Part shown: piece after piece, positions 38,907-47,898 of the stretch
Numbering within the stretch: the stretch's first letter is position 1
Layout: each line of letters begins with the position of its first letter
NCBI GenBank assembly: GCA_001793095.1
Contig: MGHG01000012.1
Location: 72,647 to 136,646 of the forward strand
Direction: 5' to 3'
Length of the DNA: 64,000 nucleotides
From: Candidatus Woesebacteria bacterium RIFCSPLOWO2_01_FULL_39_23
GTDB taxonomy: Bacteria; Patescibacteriota; Microgenomatia; UBA8517
Made by a program: the position numbers and the translations under genes
Notes under the pieces: generated by a model
Databases searched by the model: none
What the model was told of the DNA's origin: nothing
The model's input: only the letters and a program-made list of their open reading frames with translations

Positions 38907-39173
38907 TTATTTTTTTATAATTCTTCTTCGGAATCCAGTTACTTCTATCGAGCCATCCTTGTAAATGCTATTCGATGGTCTTAAAAACCTCGCTTTAGGG
39001 TAAATTTTTTGAGACAATGTTGGTTCGCGATCCTCATATTTAATTGTGGTTTCGACACCGAAAACTCCAAAGGTCGATAATTTTATAAAAGCATCTAAAC
39101 AACCGCCACGAGTGGACTTTTCATGAGTAGTTTCAGCTGTCATATTTAGTACCCAGTATAATAGAGCAGACAA
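38907..39173 (-). CDS. hypothetical protein (antisense to the operon direction)
   Basis: 88-aa ORF only. Confidence 0.25.
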   Translation of the reverse strand: MSALLYWVLNMTAETTHEKSTRGGCLDAFIKLSTFGVFGVETTIKYEDREPTLSQKIYPKARFLRPSNSIYKDGSIEVTGFRRRIIKK

Positions 39174-39196
39174 TAACCAAAGTCAATTGTTGAAGG

Positions 39197-39225
39197 TTGC
39201 TAAGCTGGCTTTATTTTTGTATAAT
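39197..39225 (+). promoter_or_regulatory. Promoter: -35 TTGCTA, 17-nt spacer, extended -10 TGTATAAT
   Basis: Read directly, ~120 nt upstream of rplC. Confidence 0.5.
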
Positions 39226-39294
39226 TGCTATCCAGTGGAGGTGGGCCGTCATACATAGCCACGATTAGAATTGCTAGAGAGCCGATTTAGTTAG

Positions 39295-39315
39295 GGCGCT
39301 TCTGGCGCCTTTTTT
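39295..39315 (+). terminator. Leader attenuator-like terminator (GGCGC-TTCTG-GCGCC plus T6), 30 nt before rplC
   Basis: GC stem plus U-run read directly. Position is analogous to the L4-controlled S10-operon leader attenuator. Confidence 0.45.
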
Positions 39316-39346
39316 GTTGCACAAATTAATAGAAATAACGCAACAA

Positions 39347-40126
39347 CTTATGTTGAATACAATTTTAGCTACCAAAGATAAAATGGGTGCGACCTTTGTC
39401 GAAAGTACACGGGTGGCCGTTACATGGGTTAAGGCCGGTCCATGTATTGTTACGCAAATTAAAAAGCCGGAGAGTGATGGTTATTGGGCAGTTCAAGTCG
39501 GGTACGGTGACAAAAAAACTAAAAATATTTCCAATTCACTTCGCGGACACTTCAGAAAAATAACTAATAACTCAGAACTAATAACAAAAAATAGAATGCC
39601 AAGATACTTAAGAGAAATTAAACTCAATTCTGATCCGGATGTAAAAGTAGGAGATGTCATAACGTTAACTGACGTGTTTAAAAAAGGGGACGTAATAACA
39701 GTGACGGGAACCTCAAAAGGAAAGGGTTTTGCAGGAGTTGTTAAAAGATGGAGATTTGCCGGCGGTCCCAAAACTCACGGTCAAAGTGACAGACAAAGAG
39801 CTCCTGGATCTATCGGCCAAGGAACGACTCCCGGGCGCGTTTATAAGGGTAAACATATGGCCGGTCGTATGGGTAGTGATACTGTCACAATTAAAAATTT
39901 AATTGTTGTCGAAGTCGATAAAGATGGAGGTAAAATGGCAATTTCGGGTTCCATACCGGGTTCAATCGGTGGTTTATTAAAAATAAAAAAGATTGCGTCA
40001 GGCAAATTGGATGAATTAGTTGAGGAAGTGCCGGAGGTTCAGATTCAAGAAGGAGTAGATACCGAGGGCGCTGAAGGATCTGCTGCAAAGGCTGAAACGA
40101 AAAGCGAAAGCGTTGAGGAGAAATAA
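39347..40126 (+). CDS. rplC: 50S ribosomal protein L3
   Basis: KGKGFAGVVKRWRFAGGPKTHGQSDRQRAPGSIG. Confidence 0.9.
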   Translation, partial: LMLNTILATKDKMGATFVESTRVAVTWVKAGPCIVTQIKKPESDGYWAVQVGYGDKKTKNISNSLRGHFRKITNNSELITKNRMPRYLREIKLNSDPDVKVGDVITLTDVFKKGDVITVTGTSKGKGFAGVVKRWRFAGGPKTHGQSDRQRAPGSIGQGTTPGRVYKGKHMAGRMGSDTVTIKNLIVVEVDKDGGKMAISGSIPGSIGGLLKIKKIASGKLDELVEEVPEVQIQEGVDTEGAEGSAAKAETKSESVEEK

Positions 40127-40128
40127 AT

Positions 40129-40830
40129 ATGGCTAAAGTAACTTTATTTTCTGATACGGGAGTTAAAAAAGGTAACTTTGAATTACCGAAAGATTTTGAT
40201 GAAAAGCTGAATTTGAAACTTCTTGCACAAGCGATTCATGTGTATGAAGACAGGAGTCACCCCGGTTTAGCCAGAGTTAAAAGTAGGGGGGAAGTTGCTT
40301 TATCCACCCGTAAAATTTATAGACAAAAAGGAACTGGAGGGGCGAGGCACGGAGCAAAAAGTGCCCCTATTTTTGTCGGAGGCGGTGTAACCCATGGCCC
40401 TAAGGGTGTAAAAAGGCAACTAAAATTATCAGATAAATTACGACTTAAAGCTTTAAAAATCGCCCTCAACCTAAAACTGAGTCAGGATAGTTTATTTGTC
40501 GTTGATGGATTCTCGACACTCAAGAAAACAAAAGTTGCACAAGCTCTTATTGATAAAATATGCGGAGATAAAAAATCCAATACGACAGTTGTTTTAGCAG
40601 GAAATGATAAAAGTGTAATTTTAGTACTACGGAATATAAAAAACATTGAAACAGTAGACTATAAAGATCTTAATGCATATAAAGTTTATTTTGGCGGAAC
40701 TATGATTTTGGATAAAAGAATATTTGATTCCAAATCTGCCGCTAAGCAAAGTATCAAAAAAGTAACTAAGGCTAAGGTAGTGGTAAATAGAAAAAAAACA
40801 GTAAAGCCAGTTAAAAAATCAGTGAAATAA
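40129..40830 (+). CDS. rplD: 50S ribosomal protein L4
   Basis: L4 similarity, Lys-rich tail. Confidence 0.9.
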   Translation: MAKVTLFSDTGVKKGNFELPKDFDEKLNLKLLAQAIHVYEDRSHPGLARVKSRGEVALSTRKIYRQKGTGGARHGAKSAPIFVGGGVTHGPKGVKRQLKLSDKLRLKALKIALNLKLSQDSLFVVDGFSTLKKTKVAQALIDKICGDKKSNTTVVLAGNDKSVILVLRNIKNIETVDYKDLNAYKVYFGGTMILDKRIFDSKSAAKQSIKKVTKAKVVVNRKKTVKPVKKSVK

Positions 40831-40858
40831 GTAAAAAAGTCCGTATAAATCGACATAT

Positions 40859-41140
40859 ATGATAATACAACCCGTTTTGACAGAAAAAAGTTTAGAAGCT
40901 GCTAAAAAGGGAGATTATACCTTTTATGTGGAGCCAGGCTTAACTAAATATCAGGCGAGAGAATTAGTTGAACGCGTATTTTCAGTTCATGTAACGAACA
41001 TACGCACAATGATATTTAAGCGTGAAGTAAAACGAATTTATACAGGTAGAAAGCGGGTAATTCATCCGAAAAAAAAGATTATTGTGACTTTACGGGCAAA
41101 AGAGCGCATAGATCTATTCGAAGTTAAAAAAGGAAAATAA
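40859..41140 (+). CDS. rplW: 50S ribosomal protein L23
   Basis: PVLTEKS...YTFYV. Confidence 0.9.
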   Translation: MIIQPVLTEKSLEAAKKGDYTFYVEPGLTKYQARELVERVFSVHVTNIRTMIFKREVKRIYTGRKRVIHPKKKIIVTLRAKERIDLFEVKKGK

Positions 41141-41141
41141 T

Positions 41142-41894
41142 ATGGGAAAATTAAAAACAATACTGCGAAAACACTCCGGTCGTGACTCCAGCGGAAGTGT
41201 GAGCGTCAGGCATCAGGGAGGAAGACAAAAGAGGTATTATCGGGATGTTGATTTTAAACGCAGTAAGAGAGATGTTTGGGGTAAAGTTGTCTCAATTGAG
41301 GCTGATCCCAATAGAAACGCATATATAGCACTGATACATTATGATGACGGCGATAAAGCATATATTATCTCGCCCTTAGGAATGGAACTTGGGAGGAAAG
41401 TTATTGCTTCTGAAAATGCACCCATTGATCCCGGTAATGCCCTACCTTTAGTTAAAATTCCGGCTGGGACTCAAATTCATGCAATTGAAGTGACACCTGG
41501 AGCCGGAGGACAGTTGGTAAGAGGAGCGGGTTCGGTTGCAGTTGTTCAGGGAAAAGAGGAGAATTATATTCTGGTTAAGCTGCCATCCGGAGAAATCAGG
41601 AGATTTCCTCCGCAAAGTTGGGCAAGTGTCGGCCAGATCGGTAATTCTGAGGCGCGTTCAGAGCATGTTGGAAAAGCGGGAATAATGAGGAGGCGAGGAA
41701 TTCGACCTTCTGTGAGAGGAACTGCCCAAAATCCTCATTCTCACCCTCATGGAGGCGGAGAAGGAAGAAGCGGTGTCGGTCTAAAATATCCTAAAACTCC
41801 CTGGGGGAAGCCGGCGGTCGGGAATACCAGAAGAAAAAGAAAATATTCTGATAAATTAATTGTCCAAAGGAGAAAGCTTGGTTCGCATCATTAA
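41142..41894 (+). CDS. rplB: 50S ribosomal protein L2
   Basis: GTAQNPHSHPHGGGEGRS. Confidence 0.95.
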   Translation: MGKLKTILRKHSGRDSSGSVSVRHQGGRQKRYYRDVDFKRSKRDVWGKVVSIEADPNRNAYIALIHYDDGDKAYIISPLGMELGRKVIASENAPIDPGNALPLVKIPAGTQIHAIEVTPGAGGQLVRGAGSVAVVQGKEENYILVKLPSGEIRRFPPQSWASVGQIGNSEARSEHVGKAGIMRRRGIRPSVRGTAQNPHSHPHGGGEGRSGVGLKYPKTPWGKPAVGNTRRKRKYSDKLIVQRRKLGSHH

Positions 41895-41911
41895 TCAATT
41901 AGAAAACTAAA

Positions 41912-42193
41912 ATGAGCAGAAGTACTAAAAAAGGACCATACGTAGATAAAAACCTTATTAAGAAAGTAACGGCAGGTATGGGTAATAAGGAGAATCCCAT
42001 AAAAACATGGGCGAGAAATAGCCAGATACCGCCTGAATTTGTAAATAAATATTTCAATGTTCATAACGGTAAAACGTTCATCAACGTTTTTGTAACTGAA
42101 GACATGGTAGGTCACAGACTTGGCGAATTTTCTCCGACCAGAACATTCAGAGGACATGGGCAAGTGGTCAAGAGATTATTAGAAAAAACTTAA
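41912..42193 (+). CDS. rpsS: 30S ribosomal protein S19
   Basis: KKGPYVD...[30 protein letters not shown]. Confidence 0.95.
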   Translation: MSRSTKKGPYVDKNLIKKVTAGMGNKENPIKTWARNSQIPPEFVNKYFNVHNGKTFINVFVTEDMVGHRLGEFSPTRTFRGHGQVVKRLLEKT

Positions 42194-42265
42194 CGTCGAA
42201 GAACTCTTGCCTCCTTCCGAGGATTACATCCTCGTGTCGGAGGGGCGAGTTAACGGGGTAAGATT

Positions 42266-42727
42266 ATGGAAGTTAAAGCAGTACAAAAATTTGTTAAGAT
42301 TTCGCCTAAAAAATTAAGGATAATTGCCGACGCGGCTAGAAAAATGAGTCCTGAGGCGGCTATTGAGAGACTACCTTTTCTTGGAAAAAGAGGGGCTGAT
42401 CCTATTATCTCGGTTATAAAAACTGCCATTGCTAATGCGAAAGTAAAAGGGATCAGTAATAGTGAGTTAATTTTTAAGGAGTTGCAAATTAGCGAAGGTC
42501 CTCGTCTTAAAAGGGGGACGCCGGTTTCAAGGGGTCGTTGGCACCCTTATAAAAAACGAATGAGCCATATACGAGTTGTACTAACAACGAAAGATATTGG
42601 TGTGGACAAAGAGTCCCAAAAGCAGGTTCGCTCTTCACAAAGAGCGAAATCTGCACGGGATGACAAGGCCGGTATTAAGAGTTTACCAGCCTTGTCAAAA
42701 TCAAAGAAAGGAGAGGCGACAGAGTAA
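42266..42727 (+). CDS. rplV: 50S ribosomal protein L22 with C-terminal extension
   Basis: L22 core plus ~40-aa basic tail. Confidence 0.9.
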   Translation: MEVKAVQKFVKISPKKLRIIADAARKMSPEAAIERLPFLGKRGADPIISVIKTAIANAKVKGISNSELIFKELQISEGPRLKRGTPVSRGRWHPYKKRMSHIRVVLTTKDIGVDKESQKQVRSSQRAKSARDDKAGIKSLPALSKSKKGEATE

Positions 42728-42728
42728 T

Positions 42729-43379
42729 ATGGGACAGAAAGTTAATCCAGTAGCATTTAGAACGGGTACTTTTTTACCTTGGAAATCGCGTTGGTATGCC
42801 GACGATAAAACCTATAAAAAATATCTGATTGAGGATATCACTTTGAGACGCGCTTTGATGAATAAGCTTAAGCTAGCCGGTGTTACGAGTATCGAGATTG
42901 AAAGATTACCGAAAAGTATGGTTGTAACAATGACAGTATCCCGTCCGGGTGTGGTAATCGGAAGAGGCGGTTCGGGAATTGAAGAAATCAAAAAATTTAT
43001 TATCGACATGTTAGGAAAAACCAAAACACTTAAGTCCGATAATATGAAAATTGATTTACGCGTAAACGAAGTCAAGGATCCCGAACTTTCATCCTATCTG
43101 GTTGCGACAAGAATTGTGTCAGATTTGGAAAGAAGAATGCCCCATCGTCGTGTAATTGCTAAGACTATAGAGAGAGTTATGCAATCAGGTGCACTGGGTG
43201 TAAAGATAGTTTTGGCGGGGAGAATTGGCGGGGCAGAAATTTCTAGGACTGAAAAGTACCATAAAGGCTCTATTCCATCACAGACTCTAAGAGAAATTAT
43301 AGATTACGCTCAAGTTCCTGCGCTTTTGAAAAGGGGTTATGTTGGTATCAAAGTATATATACACAAGAAATCAGAGTAG
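42729..43379 (+). CDS. rpsC: 30S ribosomal protein S3
   Basis: MGQKVNPVAFRTG...; the ORF-track start 42597 is an upstream overlap artefact. Confidence 0.9.
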   Translation: MGQKVNPVAFRTGTFLPWKSRWYADDKTYKKYLIEDITLRRALMNKLKLAGVTSIEIERLPKSMVVTMTVSRPGVVIGRGGSGIEEIKKFIIDMLGKTKTLKSDNMKIDLRVNEVKDPELSSYLVATRIVSDLERRMPHRRVIAKTIERVMQSGALGVKIVLAGRIGGAEISRTEKYHKGSIPSQTLREIIDYAQVPALLKRGYVGIKVYIHKKSE

Positions 43380-43461
43380 AAATGTGTAAGGGTGTAAGAG
43401 CATGATTTTAAAATACTTATACTCTTAAACTCTTTTACTCTTTCACTCTAAGCAAGGACGT

Positions 43462-43872
43462 ATGTTAGAACCAAAAAGACGCAAATTTAGAAAAGATTTT
43501 AGAGGCCGAAGGAAAGGCCAAGCTTTACGTGGTTATGAGCTTGCCTTTGGTGAATTTGGTTTAAAGGCATTAGAGGTTACGTGGCTTTCTGGGAAGCAAA
43601 TTGAAGCCGGCAGGCGCGCGATAACACATTCTCTAAAACGTGGAGGGAGAGTTTGGATTAGAGTGTTTCCGGATAAGCCGGTTACAAGTAGACCTGCAGG
43701 GCAAAGAATGGGGAGCGGAAAAGGAGATATTGACCGTTACGTTGCTGTGGTCAGACCAGGTAAGATTATTTACGAAGTAGCTGGGGCTACAAAAGATGTG
43801 GTCGTTGCTGCACTTAAGAAAGCAGCGGATAAAATGCCTGTCAAAACAAAGATAATAATGAAGGCGGCCTAA
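43462..43872 (+). CDS. rplP: 50S ribosomal protein L16
   Basis: MLEPKRRKFRK... Confidence 0.95.
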   Translation: MLEPKRRKFRKDFRGRRKGQALRGYELAFGEFGLKALEVTWLSGKQIEAGRRAITHSLKRGGRVWIRVFPDKPVTSRPAGQRMGSGKGDIDRYVAVVRPGKIIYEVAGATKDVVVAALKKAADKMPVKTKIIMKAA

Positions 43873-43878
43873 ATTTTA

Positions 43879-44094
43879 ATGAAAAAGAAAGATTTAACTG
43901 CATTGAGTGAGAAGACGGAATCCGAATTATTGCGTCTTATTGATAAAAGACGATCCGAACTTTATAATTCTTTGGCTCAAATTAAAAGTGGCAATGAAAA
44001 AAATCTGAAAAAATCAAAGAACATAAGACACGAGATTTCTCAGTTATTGACTTTAATTCGACTGAAACAGCTTACTCACAAGGAGGAAAAATGA
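43879..44094 (+). CDS. rpmC: 50S ribosomal protein L29
   Basis: L29 pattern, ATGA overlap with rpsQ. Confidence 0.85.
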   Translation: MKKKDLTALSEKTESELLRLIDKRRSELYNSLAQIKSGNEKNLKKSKNIRHEISQLLTLIRLKQLTHKEEK

Positions 44095-44402
44095 AGATAT
44101 TTACAGGTAAAGTAGTATCAAAAAAAATGGCTAAAACGGCAACAGTATTGCTCAGTCGACCTGTTATCCATAAGCTCTATATGAAAAGATTCGTAAGGGC
44201 AAAAAAATATCATGTCCACGATGAGCTGGGAGCTGAGGTTGGACAGATGGTTAATTTTGTCTCAAGTAAACCTTATAGTAAGTCAAAAAAGTGGAAAATA
44301 GTTAAAATAATCGGAAAAACAACTGCTGAAAAATCCGCAAAGGAGAAAGCAATTAAAGAAAGGGGGAGTACACAGTCTAAATCTGCGAGATCAGATAAGT
44401 AG
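44091..44402 (+). CDS. rpsQ: 30S ribosomal protein S17
   Basis: GKVVSKKMAKTATVLLSR. Confidence 0.9.
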   Translation: MKIFTGKVVSKKMAKTATVLLSRPVIHKLYMKRFVRAKKYHVHDELGAEVGQMVNFVSSKPYSKSKKWKIVKIIGKTTAEKSAKEKAIKERGSTQSKSARSDK

Positions 44403-44420
44403 CCTGTGTAACAAGAGAAT

Positions 44421-44786
44421 GTGATTCAATTAAGAACAATGCTGGTTCCGGCCGATAATTCAGGAGCAAAAAGACTAATGGTTATTGGGATGTCTTCCAA
44501 AATCGGTAAGGTAGCAACTCTTGGAGACGTAATTAATTGCGTCGTCGAGAAAGCTGACCCCAATGGCGCGGTAGCAGATAAAGAGAAAGTTAAAGTGTTG
44601 GTTGTAAGGACCAAAAAAGAGGTGAGAAGGCGTGACGGAACCTATATCCGTTTTGACGATAATGCCGGAGTAGTTATCGATAAGACGGGTTTGCCAAGAG
44701 GTACGCGTATATTAGGTCCGGTAGCTAGGGAAATAAAAGAGAAGGGTTATACGAAGATCAGTTCACTTGCGCGGGAGGTAGTATAA
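44421..44786 (+). CDS. rplN: 50S ribosomal protein L14
   Basis: VADNSGAK. Confidence 0.9.
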   Translation: MIQLRTMLVPADNSGAKRLMVIGMSSKIGKVATLGDVINCVVEKADPNGAVADKEKVKVLVVRTKKEVRRRDGTYIRFDDNAGVVIDKTGLPRGTRILGPVAREIKEKGYTKISSLAREVV

Positions 44787-44788
44787 AT

Positions 44789-45103
44789 ATGCTCAAATTT
44801 AAAGTCGGAGATACAGTAAAAATAACAGCAGGAAAAGATAAGGGTAGAGAAGGAAAGATTGAAAAACTGAGCCCTACTAGTTTTACCGCTATAATACCCG
44901 GAATTAATGAGTATAAGAAACACATAAAAGGGAGAGATGGCCAAAAGGGTGGGATATTTAGTATCCCGAGATCTATGCCTTTTTCTAAAATAGCCATTAT
45001 ATGCCCAAAGTGTAAAAAGGTAACAAGGATAGGTTTTAAATTTGTTGGAGATGAAAAGGTCAGGTTTTGCAGGAAGTGTAAAAAAGAAATATCACCAAAA
45101 TGA
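44789..45103 (+). CDS. rplX: 50S ribosomal protein L24 (KOW) with C-terminal zinc ribbon
   Basis: VGDTVKITAGKDKG plus CPKC...CRKC. Confidence 0.85.
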   Translation: MLKFKVGDTVKITAGKDKGREGKIEKLSPTSFTAIIPGINEYKKHIKGRDGQKGGIFSIPRSMPFSKIAIICPKCKKVTRIGFKFVGDEKVRFCRKCKKEISPK

Positions 45104-45648
45104 ATATTAATTCAAGATTAAAAGATAAATACGAAAACGAGATAATTCCAACACTTGTTGGGGAATTCGATATTAAAAATAGAATGGAAGTTCCGAAAAT
45201 CGTCAAGATTGTTGTAAATAGCGGAACAGGTGATGCTCTTAAAAATAAGGAATTACTGGAAAAAATAAAGACCGATATGGCTCTCATAACCGGTCAAGCG
45301 CCATCAGTTAGGGCGGCCAGAGTTTCCGTGGCCAGTTTCGGTATCCGAGCCGGAATGCCCGTTGGGGTAAAAGTAACTTTACGGGGAGCGAGAATGTATA
45401 GTTTTTTCGATAAGCTAGTCTCAGTAATTCTTCCCCGTTTAAGAGATTTTAGAGGAGTTCCGAGGAAGAGTTTCGATAAACATGGTAATTATACATTAGG
45501 AGTAGTTGAACACAGTGTTTTTCCTGAGATAGATATATCAAAAACTAGTGCAAGAGGCATGGAAATAACGGTAGTTACAAACACGGACGACTCGAAGAAA
45601 GCAGCAAGATTACTCGAACTATTGGGCATGCCGTTTGAAAAATCATAA
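45100..45648 (+). CDS. rplE: 50S ribosomal protein L5
   Basis: L5 similarity, ATGA overlap with rplX. Confidence 0.9.
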   Translation: MNINSRLKDKYENEIIPTLVGEFDIKNRMEVPKIVKIVVNSGTGDALKNKELLEKIKTDMALITGQAPSVRAARVSVASFGIRAGMPVGVKVTLRGARMYSFFDKLVSVILPRLRDFRGVPRKSFDKHGNYTLGVVEHSVFPEIDISKTSARGMEITVVTNTDDSKKAARLLELLGMPFEKS

Positions 45649-45694
45649 TTATTTAATATTGTAATATTCTCTACAAAATTTTGTAGAAATTTTG

Positions 45695-45772
45695 AAAGGA
45701 GTTGTCGACAATTAGCCGAGTGTTACGTTCAAATAGGTAAACGTAACGAAGGCATTGGTCGAACAACGACGT
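45695..45772 (+). repeat. Structured intergenic element, family member 1 (rplE-rpsN): AAAGGAGTTG..TAGCCGAG, hairpin GTTACGTT/AACGTAAC, GAAGGC..ACGACG-ATG
   Basis: Homologous to the elements at 51423, 51689 and 52533. Confidence 0.6.
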
Positions 45773-45958
45773 ATGTCGACTAAAACAAAAGAAGTAAGAG
45801 AAACAAAAAAGCTAAAATATAAGACTAGGTATACAAATAGATGCCGCCTTTGTGGAAGGGCTAGAGGTTATATGAGAAAATATGGACTATGTAGGTTATG
45901 TTTTAGAGAGTATGCAAATAAGGGTGAAATACCGGGTGTAAGAAAAGCGAGTTGGTAA
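45773..45958 (+). CDS. rpsN: 30S ribosomal protein S14 type Z (61 aa, Zn-binding)
   Basis: MSTKTKEV...[23 protein letters not shown]. The ORF-track TTG start at 45755 lies inside the conserved element; ATG 45773 gives the canonical 61-aa length. Confidence 0.85.
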   Translation: MSTKTKEVRETKKLKYKTRYTNRCRLCGRARGYMRKYGLCRLCFREYANKGEIPGVRKASW

Positions 45959-46053
45959 AACACTTTTCAAACTTTCTTTAGGAGTGAAAATTAGGCAAAG
46001 AAAGATGAATTTTGAGAGAAAATAATAAAGAGAAAAATAGGGAGATTTAAAAA

Positions 46054-46503
46054 ATGCCAAATAAAACAATCAAAATAGAACAAAAAGAAATGAATAAAGG
46101 ACTCAAACAAGCAAAACGAGTTGGGATGACCAATTATCCGGTTGGAGATTTTCTAATAAGACTCAAAAATACGGCTATGGCGAAGGGCCATAAAGTGACT
46201 GTCCCACGGACGCGTCTTATCGAGGAAACAGCAGAACTTTTGAAAAAAGAAGGTTATATTGCTCAAGTGAAAATAGATGGCAATCTTTTAATTGTCGATC
46301 TTGCCTATGTTAAAAAAGAACCTGTATTGATAACTATAAGGTTAGTCTCTAAACCCGGATTAAGAATTTATAATAGTGCTGTCGAATTGGGAGCAAATAG
46401 GGGTCCTCAAATACTAATTGTGTCTACGTCGAAAGGATTAATGAGTAATCGTACTGCAATTAAGAATAATTTGGGTGGTGAGGTTATAGCTGAAGTACTT
46501 TAA
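46054..46503 (+). CDS. rpsH: 30S ribosomal protein S8 (possible N-terminal extension; an internal Met at residue 25 is an alternative start)
   Basis: GDFLIRLKNTAMAKGHKVTVP... S8 core. Confidence 0.85.
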   Translation: MPNKTIKIEQKEMNKGLKQAKRVGMTNYPVGDFLIRLKNTAMAKGHKVTVPRTRLIEETAELLKKEGYIAQVKIDGNLLIVDLAYVKKEPVLITIRLVSKPGLRIYNSAVELGANRGPQILIVSTSKGLMSNRTAIKNNLGGEVIAEVL

Positions 46504-46507
46504 ATCT

Positions 46508-47056
46508 ATGAGCAGAATTGGAAAAAAACCTATTAAAATCCCGGAGGGGGTTAATGTCACAATCGGGGGAGAAGCGATAAAAGTTAGCGGTCCCTTAGGT
46601 AACTTGGAGAGGCGACTCCCCGGTAAAATCGATGTCAAAACAGAAGACGGTTTTCTCAAAGTATCTTCTAAAGGTGACAGTTCAATGGACCCAATATTCG
46701 GTACAACAAGATCACACGTTCAAAATATGCTGATAGGCGTTTCTACGGGATGGAGTAAGACAATGGAGTTGGTGGGTGTTGGTTATAGGGGTGAATTGGT
46801 AGGTAAGAATTTATCGTTAGCTCTTGGATTTTCGCATCCTGTTATTTTTGAAGCACCCAATGGCATAACTTTTAAAATTGAAAAAAGTCTAATTATAGTT
46901 AGTGGTATTGATAAAGATTTAGTTGGACTTGTTGCCGATAAAATAAGAGCCAAAAAGCCGCCGGAGCCGTATAAGGGAAAAGGAATAAAATATCAAAATG
47001 AGAAAATAAGGAGAAAGGCTGGTAAGGCTGCCAAAGCTCAAGCGGGTGCAGCTTAA
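46508..47056 (+). CDS. rplF: 50S ribosomal protein L6
   Basis: MSRIGKKPIKIPEGV. Confidence 0.95.
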   Translation: MSRIGKKPIKIPEGVNVTIGGEAIKVSGPLGNLERRLPGKIDVKTEDGFLKVSSKGDSSMDPIFGTTRSHVQNMLIGVSTGWSKTMELVGVGYRGELVGKNLSLALGFSHPVIFEAPNGITFKIEKSLIIVSGIDKDLVGLVADKIRAKKPPEPYKGKGIKYQNEKIRRKAGKAAKAQAGAA

Positions 47057-47065
47057 GAAGAAATT

Positions 47066-47422
47066 ATGGTAAAAAATCGTAAAGAAAACTGTATTAAAAA
47101 AGCAAGAAGGGTTAGGGCTAAGATATTGACTCTCAAAACTTATCCCCGACTTAGTGTCTATCGGTCAAATAAACATATTTATGCACAGGTGATAGATGAT
47201 AAAAAAGGGATAACTCTAGCTGCGTCAAGTGATCTGACGAAAGAATTGTCAAAAACCAAAACGTCTAAGACGGAAAGGGCAAGTTCGGTTGGAGAGTCAC
47301 TCGCAAAAATCGCCGTGAAAAAAAAGGTGTCCAAAGTTGTTTTTGATAAAGGTGGTTACAAATACGGGGGTAGAGTGAGAGCATTAGCCGATGGGGCAAG
47401 AAAGGGAGGGTTAAAATTTTAA
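47066..47422 (+). CDS. rplR: 50S ribosomal protein L18
   Basis: [18 protein letters not shown]. Confidence 0.9.
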   Translation: MVKNRKENCIKKARRVRAKILTLKTYPRLSVYRSNKHIYAQVIDDKKGITLAASSDLTKELSKTKTSKTERASSVGESLAKIAVKKKVSKVVFDKGGYKYGGRVRALADGARKGGLKF

Positions 47423-47423
47423 T

Positions 47424-47897
47424 ATGAATATGTACGAACAAAAGAAGGAATACGAAGAAACGGTTATAGAGATTAAAAGAGTCTCGAAAAAGACACGGGG
47501 AGGTAATACTGTGAGATTTACTGCTTTAGTTGTAGTCGGGGATAGAAAAGGGAAAGTTGGAGTTGGGTTGTCTCGAGCCTCAGATGTTACAGGGGCAATT
47601 TATAAGGCAATTGAAGCAGCCAAAAGAAAAATGATTCTAGTTCCGATGCGCGGACAAACAATCCCCTATTCCGTTACCGAGAAATTCTCAGCAGCCAGGG
47701 TTTTAATTAAACCTGCTCCCCCGGGATCCGGAATAATTGCAGGCGGACCAATCAGAGTAGTTCTTGAGGCGGCCGGTATTAGAAATGCGGTCGGGAAAAT
47801 TTTAGGAACCAACAATAAAGCCCCGAATGTTTATGCAACTTTGAATGCACTGCAAACCGTAGCAAAATATAGTGATAGGAAGATATTGAGAAAATAA
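47424..47897 (+). CDS. rpsE: 30S ribosomal protein S5
   Basis: IKRVSKKTRGGNTVRFTALVVVGD. Confidence 0.95.
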   Translation: MNMYEQKKEYEETVIEIKRVSKKTRGGNTVRFTALVVVGDRKGKVGVGLSRASDVTGAIYKAIEAAKRKMILVPMRGQTIPYSVTEKFSAARVLIKPAPPGSGIIAGGPIRVVLEAAGIRNAVGKILGTNNKAPNVYATLNALQTVAKYSDRKILRK

Positions 47898-47898
47898 C

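Noticed and set aside
39230-39320. Possible tRNA or small ncRNA in the rplC leader
   Set aside because: No cloverleaf or T-loop (GTTCRA) could be folded. Better explained as a promoter-attenuator leader.
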